A stretch of 64,000 nucleotides of DNA from Balanoglossus misakiensis. Lineage: Eukaryota; Animalia; Hemichordata. The stretch covers positions 4,136,831 through 4,200,830 of the forward strand of contig CM082578.2 of NCBI GenBank assembly GCA_040954595.2, given 5' to 3'. Every line of letters starts with the position of its first letter. Within the stretch, counting starts at the first letter, position 1. Below the pieces are notes generated by a model, which saw only the letters and a program-made list of their open reading frames with translations, searched no databases and was not told the DNA's origin. Shown one piece after another: positions 51,029 through 63,500 of the stretch. A program made the position numbers and the translations under genes.

Positions 51029-53135
51029 TCAGGCAATGGATATCAAAGCGTCATATGAAAGGAGCTTCTCTTGTAGCGTCTGTAAATGTTTGATGATTTC
51101 CTCGTTGTCTATTCCACTGCTACTCACCCTGGACATAGCATCATCTATGTGGTCATGTACTCTACTCAGTTCATTGAAACATACATCCAAATGTAATCTA
51201 TTGTCCTTGTTAAATGGACTGGGCATACCTATAAAGTGAAAATCGATATTACATTTATAGTTTGTTGATTGCATTATTTGAAGGGGAATAAAACAGTGCA
51301 TTTTGGAGTGAAAGAAATGTGCTGAATCAGCATTTTCCACAATATTTAGTTACTATGAAATTCAAACATCTGCCAAACTAACAAAATGTCGATTCGGTGT
51401 CTGCCGAACAGCCAAACTGTAACAATTTGTTCAAGTATTACTTTGTATCATATTCACGCTATCGATACAGGGGAGGAAAGTTCACTTTTCCAATCATGTA
51501 ATTTTATGAAATATTTTCTATAAACCCAACAAAGCCCGTCCATGAAGGTCTACTGAGGCTGTACATAACAAGTTTTACCAGTACATGTATTGTAATCTAA
51601 GAGTAATAAACAAGTCAAAGAGTACATGTTGAAAACTTTGGGCTTTTTGTAATGGGACATACCTGAACAAGAACATGGCTGTACTAAATCATGAATGCCA
51701 AACAATCAAGTTGAAAAAGCCAGATCTCAAATTTTTTTCACAAAGTCCATTTGAAACAGCCAGACCCAAAGAGTTCGCAAAGGGGTTACCTTTTCCGCCT
51801 TATAGGAAGTTGTTGAAATATTAATTAACTATAAAATTACTCTTGCAAGAACGACATTTTCCGCTAGGCCCACTAGCGTGATGAAAAAAGTGACCACTAC
51901 ATTAATAGCGCGAGAATTCGCCAGAAATCACTCAGCAGCAGCACATGTTTACGTATGTAACTCCCACAATTCAACAGGCCCCTGTGGCTTCCTGCTATTC
52001 CACTGAATTTATAGTAATTTACTAGTAATGTTATGTAACACTTCTTGAGTCAAACTGTTGAATATCAATTTCTGTTTGCACATTACCTTGGGCCCTGCCA
52101 TTGCTGCTTGCAGCTTTAATACTTATTTGTTTCTGGTGTTATAAAGCTTGCATATTTATTTGTCTATTTACTGAGTAATCTCACATGACAATTACCTTGT
52201 TCAAATGCTTCAGCATGTTTGAGAATATCCTGTCCATACATATTGAGTATCAAGGTGATTACTTCAGAAGCAGGTCTCATTAAAATCTTCTTCGCAAACA
52301 GCATCTTTGTCAGTGGCAATATTTTAGCTGCAGCACCTAAGGTCCATTTTGACCTGAAAAGGCAAAACCAAATCTCTCAAATTAGCATATGTGGGAAGAC
52401 TGAGCTTTTGAGGTCCCAATGTGCATAAAATAAAAATTGAATAAAAACCATGCATTCAAATAAATTAACATATTCCCAAAATGATTTGTCATGTAGGAAA
52501 TACAGTTCATATCTGGTTAAAGGGACAACTCTCTTGCTGCCCCTTTTCCATTGATTATGTTTGATATTTATGTTATTGTACATGTGGATATCTAGTGAAT
52601 CAACGTTCGACACCACACAACTTCCATCCCACTTGTAGACACGAGATGAAAAACTCGCCAAAATGAATAATCGGTGTTTACCATTTAATCATTTTGGCGG
52701 GATTTTTACTCCTATATCCTACAAACGGGATGGAAGTTGTGTATGGTCAAACCTTGATTCACTATATATCCACATGTAGAATAATATAAACGGTGTTATG
52801 TATCAAACATAATTAATGAAAAAAAAGGCAGCGAGAGAGACTTTGTCCCTTTAATGGAGTGGTTGTTCCAGAAGAACAGACACAGCCTAATTGATTTCCC
52901 TATCCACAGGGACAAAAAAACACAGAAATACTTACATGTTTGAGCAGAAGACATTGAGTACAGATGCACAGACAGACGGATCTGTTTGAATTAGACAGTT
53001 TTCTGGAAAATGCGAATGTCCTTTCTTGATCTTTTTATCCGGTGGTGCTAAGATCTCTTCTGTTGCTTTGGTCAATGATTCTATTGCTTGAATCTGATTA
53101 CCAGTTATCCACAAGGTTCCAAGAAAGTTGATGAT
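51029..53135 (-). CDS. 3' exons of an unknown protein; the upstream exon looks degraded (possible pseudogene)
   Basis: Exons 52936-53135, 52196-52353 and 51029-51228 have good GT-AG sites and matching phases (2 then 1), reading IINFLGTLWITGNQ...MSKWTLGAAAKILPL...GMPSPFNKDNRLHLDVCF...stop. The candidate upstream exon (~53653-54150) has stops in all frames checked. Confidence 0.5.
52521..52850. mobile_element. Same palindromic Kolobok-type MITE, complete copy
   Basis: TTAA TSDs and AGGGACAA TIRs. Confidence 0.85.
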
Positions 53136-54204
53136 CTTAAAGATATGAATAATGAAACATTGTTAACGACGCTGTTCTTAAATTTGGACCAACATATATA
53201 GAAGCCATATGTGAAGACATTGAATGACTTCCAACTTCAAAATAAACATGTTATTAAAGAAATAATGTATCATGATTTATTTATTAATTCCTGTTGCATA
53301 ACACCCACTGAATGAAAGTGAACTTGGGGTCAGTAAAAGGTCCAGCAGGTCATGAACATCGACCAAACTTCCGCAAAAATTTCTTTATACAGCAATGGAA
53401 TATCTGTGCCAAATTTCAACTGTCCAGCTCCATTTTTCTGTAAATTGTATTTTTCAATAACGCCAGCTGGAACATACTATCCAATTTTCCACCCAAAATG
53501 AACTTTTGGTTGTTTTTGCAATTGTTACAAAGTCTACTAGTGTGAGTTGGTGTGTGTATCTATCGAATTCGTAAGCATTATTGCTTCTAATGTTCTATGA
53601 TAAAAATGTTTACAAAATTTTTTTTTTTTTTAAATGCAGTTGGCTACTGTACCTTTTTTGTACCAGTGTCTCATTCTGATCCAAATCACTACATTTATAA
53701 ACTAAGCCCGGTGTTCAGTATTTTTTACCTATACTAGGGCAATCAATTCAATATTCAGCATTTCTTGATCCAATTCAAAGTCACACTACCAGGCATGTCA
53801 TATCTAGAACTACAGGCAGCTTCTCAACATCAGGCATCATTGACTTTGTCTGGGCTGTTTCAAGTTTAAAGGATGACGATCGTCTTATGCATATGGACAG
53901 AATTTAGAGTGTACTATCATTTCGTCTAATCCAAATGTTCTGCAAGTTTTCCATTCAACGCATTCAAATAGTGGACTGCTTACACTTCCTTCCATATTTC
54001 ATGTGCACTGTATAAGTAGACTTTAGTTTTGTCCCTTCTTTTCACCCAATTTGCTGTCTCTTCCTAATCTCCCACACAGCACACTGCCTTATAGCATTGA
54101 CTGTATAAAAGTTTTGTAACCAGAGTCTCTGGCTTGGAACATGCGCATAAGATGATTGTCGTCCTTTAATTAACACCTGACTGCAGGCTTTAAATAATAA
54201 TTAT

Positions 54205-54741
54205 ATTATATCATGCTACCGTCCGCGATTCTGATTGGACGAGAGAGATGGTAAAATACTGTTTTACCACTGATGGCAGTAGTAAAACGGGCCCCTGAAC
54301 TAGCATGCAGCAGGGAAAATGTGCAGTTAAACCACAGTCGCGTGGGATTAAACCAAATAAATAGCATAAAAACACTTGAATTTACAGACATTTTATTTTG
54401 GAACTGCTAGCTCTGCTCTGAATATTTTGCACTTTTGTCACATTTTTTCGTCTGGTTCATGTTTAATGCTCGATCCCTGGCCGCTCGTGTTTACATTCAC
54501 CGTCGCCATATTGGTTCACAATCGTAAGTTCTTTTTCTGACGTCGTTTCGGTAAGAAAATGACACTGATATGCCACAAAAACAATTGTTGATATAATGTA
54601 ATAGCAATAACCCCCGCCTCAGTCGGGTATACACGAGATTTGGGTACAATTCGCTCCATATAGCACTCGCCCGACGTGCTATATGTCTCGAATTGTACCA
54701 AAATCTCGTGTATACCCGCCTGCGGTGGGGGTTATTGCTTT
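54205..54741. mobile_element. Element of the same architecture, different family; partial copy at ~47880-48120
   Basis: ATTATATCA/TGATATAAT pair followed by the hairpin 54603-54739. Confidence 0.5.
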
Positions 54742-55409
54742 ATGTTATAAGTGACAGACCAGGTGGATGTTGTTTACATAGCCAAACTGCCTAATGCATC
54801 AAAGTAAAGGGTCAAAAATCACCGAAGAAGTTTCGCACAAATGGTGAAAAACTTGGGTGATTAAATATTCATGAGTAACGCAATGGCGATCGCCGATTGG
54901 TCAATCCTACTATGCCACCCCGAGACATTACCCGCACTGATCATTGGCGTACAGGCATTGGAGGCATCCATCTTGTTTATGATCACGTGGTCTTTGTTTC
55001 ATTATAATATGCTGGCCAGGTTTTTGGCTAAGATGGCGGCCCCTACCTGACCCCTTTCCCTTTAGGGACCATTCAGTTTTTACGGCCGTGGGTGTAACGT
55101 CATGCCTCGAAAATGACGTTCACAAATAACGACTGAAACACGTTATTTCGTAACGAACAACTTGTCCCACGCATGTAGGCTTTATTCAGTAACTAGAACA
55201 CCTGACCAACGACAACACGCATGCGCACAGCACATACTACTCTACTGGGGGGGTGTTCATGTTTTGTCCATAACGTTACACCTTTCTTTCTTTACAGAAG
55301 TGTGTGCGCATGTCGCATCATGAAAGTACATAACAAGAAAATCACAAAAATCTCAAAATGGCAGAATACTCAAATGTCACTGTGATCAGTTCAACTGTTC
55401 AGTTCACTT

Positions 55410-57321
55410 TTATGAAACAAAGTCTCTGAGATACTTTGGTGGTGTCAAAACACGACCGCTACGTGTTCGCGTAGTGCAGTGTTCTTGCTTCGGCGCTGGC
55501 GCTGGCTTCAGTGGCGAACTGGACACAGGTATATCTCTGGTTCCACATGTCTGGGTTGGAACTGGCTGTTTCAACGGAGATTTCAGTGCTTGTGCTGGCT
55601 CTGTGATTCACTCTCTGATGTATATGTCTTCGATGGCTGTACTTGTGGAGGCGGCAGCAAGCGAGGCGAAACTGGTATGAAAGACTCAGATGACTTCCTC
55701 AGGAATTTCCGATTTCTCCTGAACACTCGTCCATCTTCTGTTCTGACGTTGTACGATCTCACATCGTCCTGATGAAGTACTTGTGCCTTTATCCATTTTC
55801 CAGATCTATCATGCGTAAGTGGCCTGATACGCACAATGTCTCCTTTCACCAAACTTGGCAGTTCTTTCACACCGTGACTGTTGTAGTGCTTGGTTTGTTC
55901 CAGTTTTCTCTTGTATAGTTTGCTATGTACATCTTCTACGACTTTCGGCTTGAGTAGCTTCCTAGCTGTTGGCAGTAGTGTTTTCGTTCTTTTGCCGAAC
56001 AATCGCTGTGCTGGAGATGCTGTGATACCCTCGCTCGGAGTATTTCTCCAATCCAATAATGCTAGGTAGAAGTCTGTACCGGCTTCTCTTGCTTTCCTCA
56101 TCAGCATTTTGGCTGTCTTCACGGCGTTTTCCACCTTTCCATTGCTCTGGGGGTACTCAGGTGAGCTCGTGATGTGTTCAAACTCATAGGCTTTGGCAAA
56201 TGACTGGAATTCCCTGGAGTTGTATGGACTATTGTCGCTGTGTAGCTGATCAGGAATACCATGTACTGAGAAATGTCTCTTGGTCTTCTTGATGATTTCA
56301 GCTGCAGTTTTCTCATACAGTCGGTCCACTTCGAAGTAGTTGGAATAATAATCGGCCGTGCAGAGGTAATCTCTGCCGCTGAAGGTGAAGATGTCGGAAC
56401 CTATCTTCTCCCATGGTCGTTCTGGAATCTCGTGACATATCAGTGGCTCTTTCTGCTGGTTTCTATGGTATGTGTTGCATACATCACATTTGGAGATGAA
56501 ATCTGTGATATCTGCATTCATCCCTGGCCAGTAGACAACTTCTCTGGCTCTCCTCAAACAACTTTGTATACCTAGGTGTGCACTGTGAAGTTTGTCACGT
56601 ATCTTCGGTCTCAACTGTAAGGGTACAACACATCTCAGGCCCTTGAATATCACTCCATCTTGCACTGCAAGCTCGTCTCTGCTGTCAAAGTATACGTGTA
56701 CATCTGGGGGCAAATCAGTCTTCTGATCTGGCCATCCTTTCAGTATGATCTGCTTCAGAGACTGCAGTGTCGGATCTTTTGCTGTCTCCATCTGGATTTC
56801 ACGCAGTTGTGGTTCTGAGATGGGTAGGTAATCCACCATATGGATACTCTCTACTTCTTTCTCGATTTCCGATCTGTCACCGATATCAAGCGAAGCTCTC
56901 GATAGGGTGTCTGCAAGGTACATTTCCTTACCACACTTGTAACGGATCTCCACATTGTAGTTGTTCAACCGCAGTAGAAGTCGCTGTAACCTACGTGGTG
57001 CTGCGGCCAACGGCTTCTTGTGTATGGAAACTAACGGCTTATGGTCTGTCCATAGTGTGACTCGCCGACCATAAACGTACTGGTGGTTGCGCTCCATACC
57101 GAAAACTTGAGCAAGCAGCTCTTTCTCTATCTGAGAGTATTTCTGCTCAGCGGCGGTGAGTGCTCTACTGGCATATGTGACTGGCTGGCCTTGTTGCATA
57201 AGCACAAATCCGAGTCCTTTGGATGACGCATCACCCTGCCCTTCTGTGGGTAGTGTCGGATCAAAATACCTCAACACTGGTGCAGCAGTCACTGCTCGTT
57301 TGATTTCTTCAAACGCGTTGT
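55410..57321 (-). pseudogene. Gypsy pol 3' part (RNase H, integrase)
   Basis: DASSKGLG, YSQIEKELLA, TDHKPL, HSAHLG...CDVC zinc finger, SDN...SNGKVEN core. The typical tail TRTRSGRVLTPPKYLRDFVS-stop (55410) is in another frame, implying a further indel near 55585-55610. Confidence 0.92.
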
Positions 57322-58082
57322 CAGGCCTCGAAAAATTTTTCACAAAGTCACTTGCCACAGGGCAAGTGACTTTACAATTTCACTTGTCCTTCAGAAAATT
57401 ACACTTGCCCTTCAATTTGACAATTTTTTCATATGCATACAGTATGTGTATTTCGGCGTGCATGTGCAATACTGCAATATTGGCTTTTGAAAAATTCATA
57501 AGAATTTCCAAGCTAAAAAGTGGCAATATGTCAAAAAATTCTATAAATCCAAGACATATTTGAATTGAAAAATAAAATGCCCCTCCTTGAATGGGCATGT
57601 GAGTGACCCTTTGATGTAAGCATGCAATAGGAATAATACTGTCTTAACCCAGTCTAAATCCAGAAATATGCAGTGAAATCTATATTGAAACTCCCATCAG
57701 AAGATGTCTTTTCAACAAAACCTAGGACTGCTGATACCTATGGTGGCGATCAGTCAGTTTCAGCATGGTTTCAGAAGCAGCTGTTTAAGCATACAGGCCC
57801 TAGTCTCATAGGCCATCAGCATGTTACAATGTTGTAGGTAAAAACTAAAATGTATCTAAGTCAAATGCGTCCGCGTCCATAAACTAAGTTTGCAACTTTG
57901 TAGATAAAGGTCGTAAGGTCATCCATTGTACTTGGCAGACGGTACAAGTAAACCATGATCTCGCACGTTTAGTACAGGGTAAAGGTCACTTGCCCGTCGG
58001 ACAAAAGACTTTTGTTTTTCACTTGTCCGGGCTAAAAATACACTTGCCACGGGCGTCGGGCGATAGGAATTATCGAGGCCTG
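57322..58082. mobile_element. hAT-like non-autonomous element (761 bp) with 5-bp TSD, inserted in Gypsy pol
   Basis: TIR CAGGCCTCGA/TCGAGGCCTG, TSD GTTGT, subterminal CACTTG(C/T)C motifs. Removing it restores WSQEQDNAFEEIKR. Confidence 0.9.
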
Positions 58083-60345
58083 GTTGTCTTGTTCCTGAGA
58101 CCATTCGAACTCAACTCCCTTGTGAGTTAGTCTCCTCAGTGGCTCGCACATATCTGACAAACCACGTAAGAATTTTGACAGATATTTCACCACTCCAACT
58201 ATTCGCTGTACACCGGCAGCATCGGTTGGCTTCTCCATTTTCTGTACTGCTTCTACTTTCTTCGGATCTGGTTTCAATCCTTGATTCGTCAACAGATGTC
58301 CGTAGAAAGGCATCTCTGTGAGTCTCAACTCTAGCTTGTCTTTGTTCAATCTGATATTTCTCTCTCTGCAACGCTTCAATAGGCCTATCATGTTCCTGTC
58401 ATGATCCCTGTTGGCGTCTGCTATGGTATCACCTTGACCTAGTATCAGGATATCATCTGCAATCTTGTATACACCTGGCAGGCCTTCTAGATTCTGGTCA
58501 AGTTTCTGCTGAAAATACTCAGGTGCTGGTGAGATACCAAACGGCATCCTCAACCATCTGTATCGGCCCCATGGGGTTTGGAATGTGGTCAGTAGACTTG
58601 ATTCTTCGTCTAGCTCAATCTGCAGAAAACCTTCCTTCAGGTCTGCTTTGCTGAAGACTTTCGCTTTGGTGAGCTCTGGTAATACATCTTCGATTACTGG
58701 GAGGGGGTAGTGACTCCTCTTCAACGCTTTATTCAAGTGTTCTGGATCAATACATACACGAATGGCTCCATTCGCTTTCTTCACAATCACAAGGCTGGAC
58801 ACCCATTGTGTTGGCTCGTCAACTTTCTTTATGGTACCACGCTTCTCCAGACGATCTAATTCGTCTCTGAGTTTCTGTTTCAATGCGACTGGTACTCGGC
58901 GGGGCGGCATTATTGCTGGAACAACTGACTTGTCTACTTCCAAGTGTAGCTGTCCTTCCATGCGGCCTAATCCCTTGAACAGATCACTGTATAATGACAG
59001 TATCGATTCTTTTGTCAACATCTCACCTGGCTCTACATCTGGCACAGGACATGGAATACCGACATTGTTTATTTCCATGTTGTTGCATTCTACAGTTATC
59101 AATTTCATCACTTGGGCTGTGAGTGACCCCAATAGTGGTGTGTAGTTGCCTTTTACCACAACAAAGTCCACGTCATATTTCTTGCGGGTCTTCGGGTTAT
59201 ATACGGGAAGTTTGCTGATTCCAAGTATCGGCATACTTGACTTGCTATACATCTTCAGGTTACCACTGGACTCTCTGATCTTTGTCCCTATTGGCACATA
59301 TCTCACTGGTAGCACATTGCAAGTGGCACCACAGTCTATCTGCATCTTGACTGGGTTTCTTGCAATTTCCATGGTTACCATTATTTTGTTTATGTAGCCT
59401 GAAGTGTTTATACTGTTCACCTGAAAGTTTTCACTGTCGAAGGACACAGACAAGACTCCGTCTTCTGAAGATGATCCATCAGTGTCATCTTCCTGTTCCA
59501 AGACATACACTTTCTTCTTCTTCTTTTTCTCATCTGCTTTGCCTTTCTTATCACACTTTTTGGCAAAGTGATTCTTTTTGCCACACACAGCACAGGATTT
59601 TCCATAAGCTGGGCACTTCTCTTTTCTCCTCTCATGGTCTCGGCCACAGAATTTGCAGTCAGTCACCATATTCTGCTGATTGCTGGGTTGACTATATCTG
59701 CTTTTCTTTCTGTTTACTGCGTTGACCTGGGTTTGCTCAGTGGCTTCACCAGCGATGGCTTTGACTTGTACTGTTGTGCTCTCAGAAGCACGGCAAATCT
59801 GTATACATTTGCTCAGTGTTAGTCCTGCTTCCTGCAGCAATTTTCTTCTAACACTATTCTCACGCAGACCACAGACAATCCTATCACTTATCAGTTCGTC
59901 TTTCAGTGCGCCGTAGTTGCATGTAGCAGCCAGACCACGCAAGACTGTAGCATACGCATCTATGGATTCATCTGGCTCTTGGGCTCGATTGTTAAATACA
60001 TATCTTTCATAGATGACATTGGTTTCACCAACACAGTAATTTGTCCAGAGTTCAATGATTTTCTTCATGCTCTTTTTCTCACCTTCATTCTGGTAAGGCA
60101 GGCTGTTATGTGTATCCAGGGCGTCTAGCCCAATACACGTGATGAACGTGGCGACACGGCCTTTGTCATTGTCAGCTTTCTCATCCAATTTCGTCACAGT
60201 CTCATACGCGTTCCAAATCTGCTTCCAGAATCCATTTCTTCCAATTTCTGGAGAGGTCACCCTTCAACTCTAGTCTGGGCGGCAATGGAACATTTGACAC
60301 GAACGTCGACAACTGGGCTGATGCGGCGGCCTGATCGTTTGACAT
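58083..60345 (-). pseudogene. Gypsy gag-pol 5' part (Gag with paired Cys/His knuckles, protease, RT)
   Basis: ATG at 60345 (MSNDQAAA...NWKKW). A 7-bp insertion at 60225-60231 shifts the frame. The ORF then contains CKFCGRDH...CAVCGKKNHFAKKC, protease IDCGAT, and RT RMPFGIS and IADDIL. Confidence 0.93.
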
Positions 60346-60503
60346 TGTCGACCATAGACAGTGGCTAGAAATTATGCAAATGAGAAAGTTCTGGACTGTT
60401 CTGTACAGTGCAGTGTACTCACACGTCGCTGGGAGGAAGTTGGTTTTCACGCACGATTTCCAGTCTCCCGACGTCTGAAAATGCTTTTATTTTAGCATCG
60501 GTT

Positions 60504-60517
60504 CACTTCTGACACCA
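60504..60517 (-). promoter_or_regulatory. Primer-binding site, complementary to a tRNA-Leu 3' end
   Basis: TGGTGTCAGAAGTG directly follows the 5' LTR and matches ...CACTTCTGACA-CCA of tRNA-Leu(CAA) as I recall it. Confidence 0.8.
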
Positions 60518-63500
60518 TGTAACGTCATGCCTCGAAAATGACGTTCACAAATAACGACTGAAACACGTTATTTCGTAACGAACAACTTGTCCCACGCATG
60601 TAGGCTTTATTCAGTAACTAGAACACCTGACCAACAACAACACGCATGCGCACAGCACATACTACTCTACTGGGGGGGTGTTCATGTTTTGTCCATAACG
60701 TTACAGTGGGGGGGGGGGGGGCGGCAAAATCCAGGGGGGGGGGGGGGGTCACTTAAATTTTGAAGTCCACAAGGGGGGGGGGGGTCACATACTTTTGCCA
60801 CCGAACTTTTGCTTTTGAGTCCACAAAATTGCAGTTTCGCGCCCTTTATTTTACAAAATTTTCTAATGTGGGAAGGGGACACCCCCTCCCACACCCACCC
60901 CCTACATTCTCCGCCACATTTCATTTTTTGTACCAGGGCAGAGTGCTTGCCACCCCAACCCCTTACCCCACGGATGATAATATTTAACAAAGTGCATACA
61001 TAAAGGAGAATAATTGTTTAAACCATTTTGCATAACTGATAGTTTCGCGCTGCATCTTCTATATACTAGAAGTTTTATAAATGATGTCATGACGAAGATG
61101 ACGCCAAATCTTCTAACTTTGAGTGGAGTGGCAAAAAGTAAAATTGGTCCTCCCAAACATTGAGATAATTTGCTTTTGAGTTCATTAAAACGTAACTTTG
61201 CGCTACATATTTTACAAAATTTTCTTTTCCCCCTCCATTCTTCGCCACATTGCATTTCTTCACTGGTTTGTCTAGTTTACCAGGGAAGACTTCTTGCCAC
61301 CCCATCCCCGATGCTTACTTAGTGGAGTGGCAAAATTAAAATTTGTCCTCCCTAACATTGAGTTAATTTGCTTTTGAGTTCATTTAATTGCAACTTTGAG
61401 CACCGTATTTTACAAAATTTTCTTATGTGGGTGGGGGACACCCCCTCCCACACCCACCCCCGCCACTTTTCTTGTTTTACCGATTCTAGCAACTATTGTA
61501 TTGACTTGTCATTTTAATTTGTTCATAGATTTCTTTATTGCAACGATATACTATTATATACTTCAATAATACTTTAAGAAATTTATAATTGGGGTGTCAG
61601 GAGCCTCATTCCCTTTATTGCATACAGTGTACATAGGATCAGGACGGCGAATGTATTCGGCGTGGGGGGGGTCATCATATTTTTGGGTCTGTCAAAGGGG
61701 GGGGTCATCATTTTTTGGTCCTGGGTGAAGGGGGGGGTCGGCCTGATTTTGAGAACCGATGACATAAACTTGCCGCCCCCCCCCCCCTGCCGTAAAAACT
61801 GAACGGTCCCTTAGTACATGTATAGCGCAGCCAGCGGTGGGAATGGGGCAGGTAGGGGACCAGACTAAGCAGACCCTTCAGTTTGCATATGCTCACACAG
61901 GGGATAAGGAATCTTGAAATACTCTTATATGTACTCTTTCAAGTTACACACCTTTAGGAGTAACGCAGCTAGTGATGGGAATGGGGCAGTGGACGACCCG
62001 ACTAGTCTGGTTCCATGTCTCTTTCTCACGCCGCTGGAGCTACTCTGCATCCAGCGACTGGGATTGGGCAGGGTCAGACTAGGAAAATAGCAATGGACAC
62101 TTCACAATCTGGAACTATAGAAGTACAGAAGCCATACTTGTCTAAGACTATAAAGACACAAGCTGCGGCCTCATTAATTTACGTGTCACACAATAAAATG
62201 ACATGAAAGAAGAAAACACTTGTGATAGATCTTGAGATTAAACAATTAATTTGCTGCATTCAATTCAATTCACTTTAGTTAAATATTAATAATGCGAGTT
62301 AATGTCATTTCGTTACTTCTGGCCCCGGCCAAGGAAAAATGAGAATGTGTATCGGGAGAAAAATAAGAGTATCAGCTATCTGTTAAATTGCATTACAAAT
62401 TTAGACAACATTTCATACACAATGCCTCTTGTAATCTGTCGTTATACTGCTCAAATTGCAATTTATTAATTTAGACACCGTACATGTATCACACGCCGCA
62501 CCGCCATTCGCAAGTAATTCGTAAAATTCATATAGTAGCCGATGGCCTTTGCGGTTAAAACTTTCCGTACTGTATCATATGGATGACGTGTTTAATAAGT
62601 TTGTGGTCATTCCAGACAGTTGAGAAATGCTTTGCTAGCTTCTGCTCAATGACTACTTTTTTCGGGGGGGGGGGGGGGATGTTTACTGCAGGCCACTGAT
62701 CTGTGTTGAATATTGGACGTGAATTGCTTAAAAAATTGCCAATTGTTTGGACAATTTTTCCCTAACCTTTGACCTACAGTTAAACCTACAGTTTAAGCAT
62801 TTGTATCAGAACAGACATGACGCATACCGCATGGCAATTATTTGACATTAATAGTACGTAGGAAACAGATTAGATGGATGGGTTTATACATTCAATATCC
62901 ATGTATTGACCAGCCATTTAAGAGCATACGCCTGTCTGCCCGAGAAAACTGTTGAGTCGCTTCAAAATGTATGCTTAGAGGCACAGAAGTCTGGTTGCCC
63001 GATTATCAGAAGAGCCTGCCCTGTAACTCAGACAAAAGCTACGGCCTTTTCAATTTACCTGCCACACAATAACAATGCCAGAAAATGACATTTAATTCGC
63101 TGACACAAAAGAAGCAAAAACGTTCGTGACAGAAATAGGAATTGAACAATTGTTACAGGCATTTCAATTTAGTTTATTATTGATAAAAGCAATTTAACGA
63201 TCTAATAATGTCATTTGACACCTCTTGAAGAATATATATTCGGGAGAAAAGAAACTCAGTGTGTCAGGTATACTAGATAGAAATTGCATTACAAAGTTAA
63301 ACGTGAAGTCATCAAAAAAGCCTCCGGCACGCGCGCGCAATTCTTAAAATTCCTTTGGTGGCCAAAGTTTTCGAAATATGACAAAAATCTTTGAAAAAAC
63401 TTCTTTCAAGAACTGTTTCTCAAGAACCATTAGACAGTTCGGAATGGTTGGATGACTACTTACAGGGGTATAGATATGTACGGCGACATTAAGTTTGCAT

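Larger units (their letters stand above)
55093..60705 (-). mobile_element. Ty3/Gypsy LTR retrotransposon, Mag-like, full length but disrupted
   Basis: 188-bp LTRs at 55093-55280 and 60518-60705 (TGTAACG...CGTTACA, 1 mismatch). 5-bp TSD GTGGG. PBS TGGTGTCAGAAGTG and a polypurine tract next to the left LTR. Domain order Gag-PR-RT-RH-INT. Confidence 0.97.
55065..61810. mobile_element. PIF/Harbinger-type MITE split by the Gypsy insertion
   Basis: TIR GGGACC(G/A)TTCAGTTTTTACGGC at 55065 and inverted ending at 61810. TSD TTA/TTA. The body 60706-61810 matches the copies at 11015 and 21919. Confidence 0.88.

Noticed and set aside
57322-57358. MASDFVKNFSRP as the start of a separate pol ORF
   Set aside because: These codons come from the inserted MITE. 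Pol was originally continuous.
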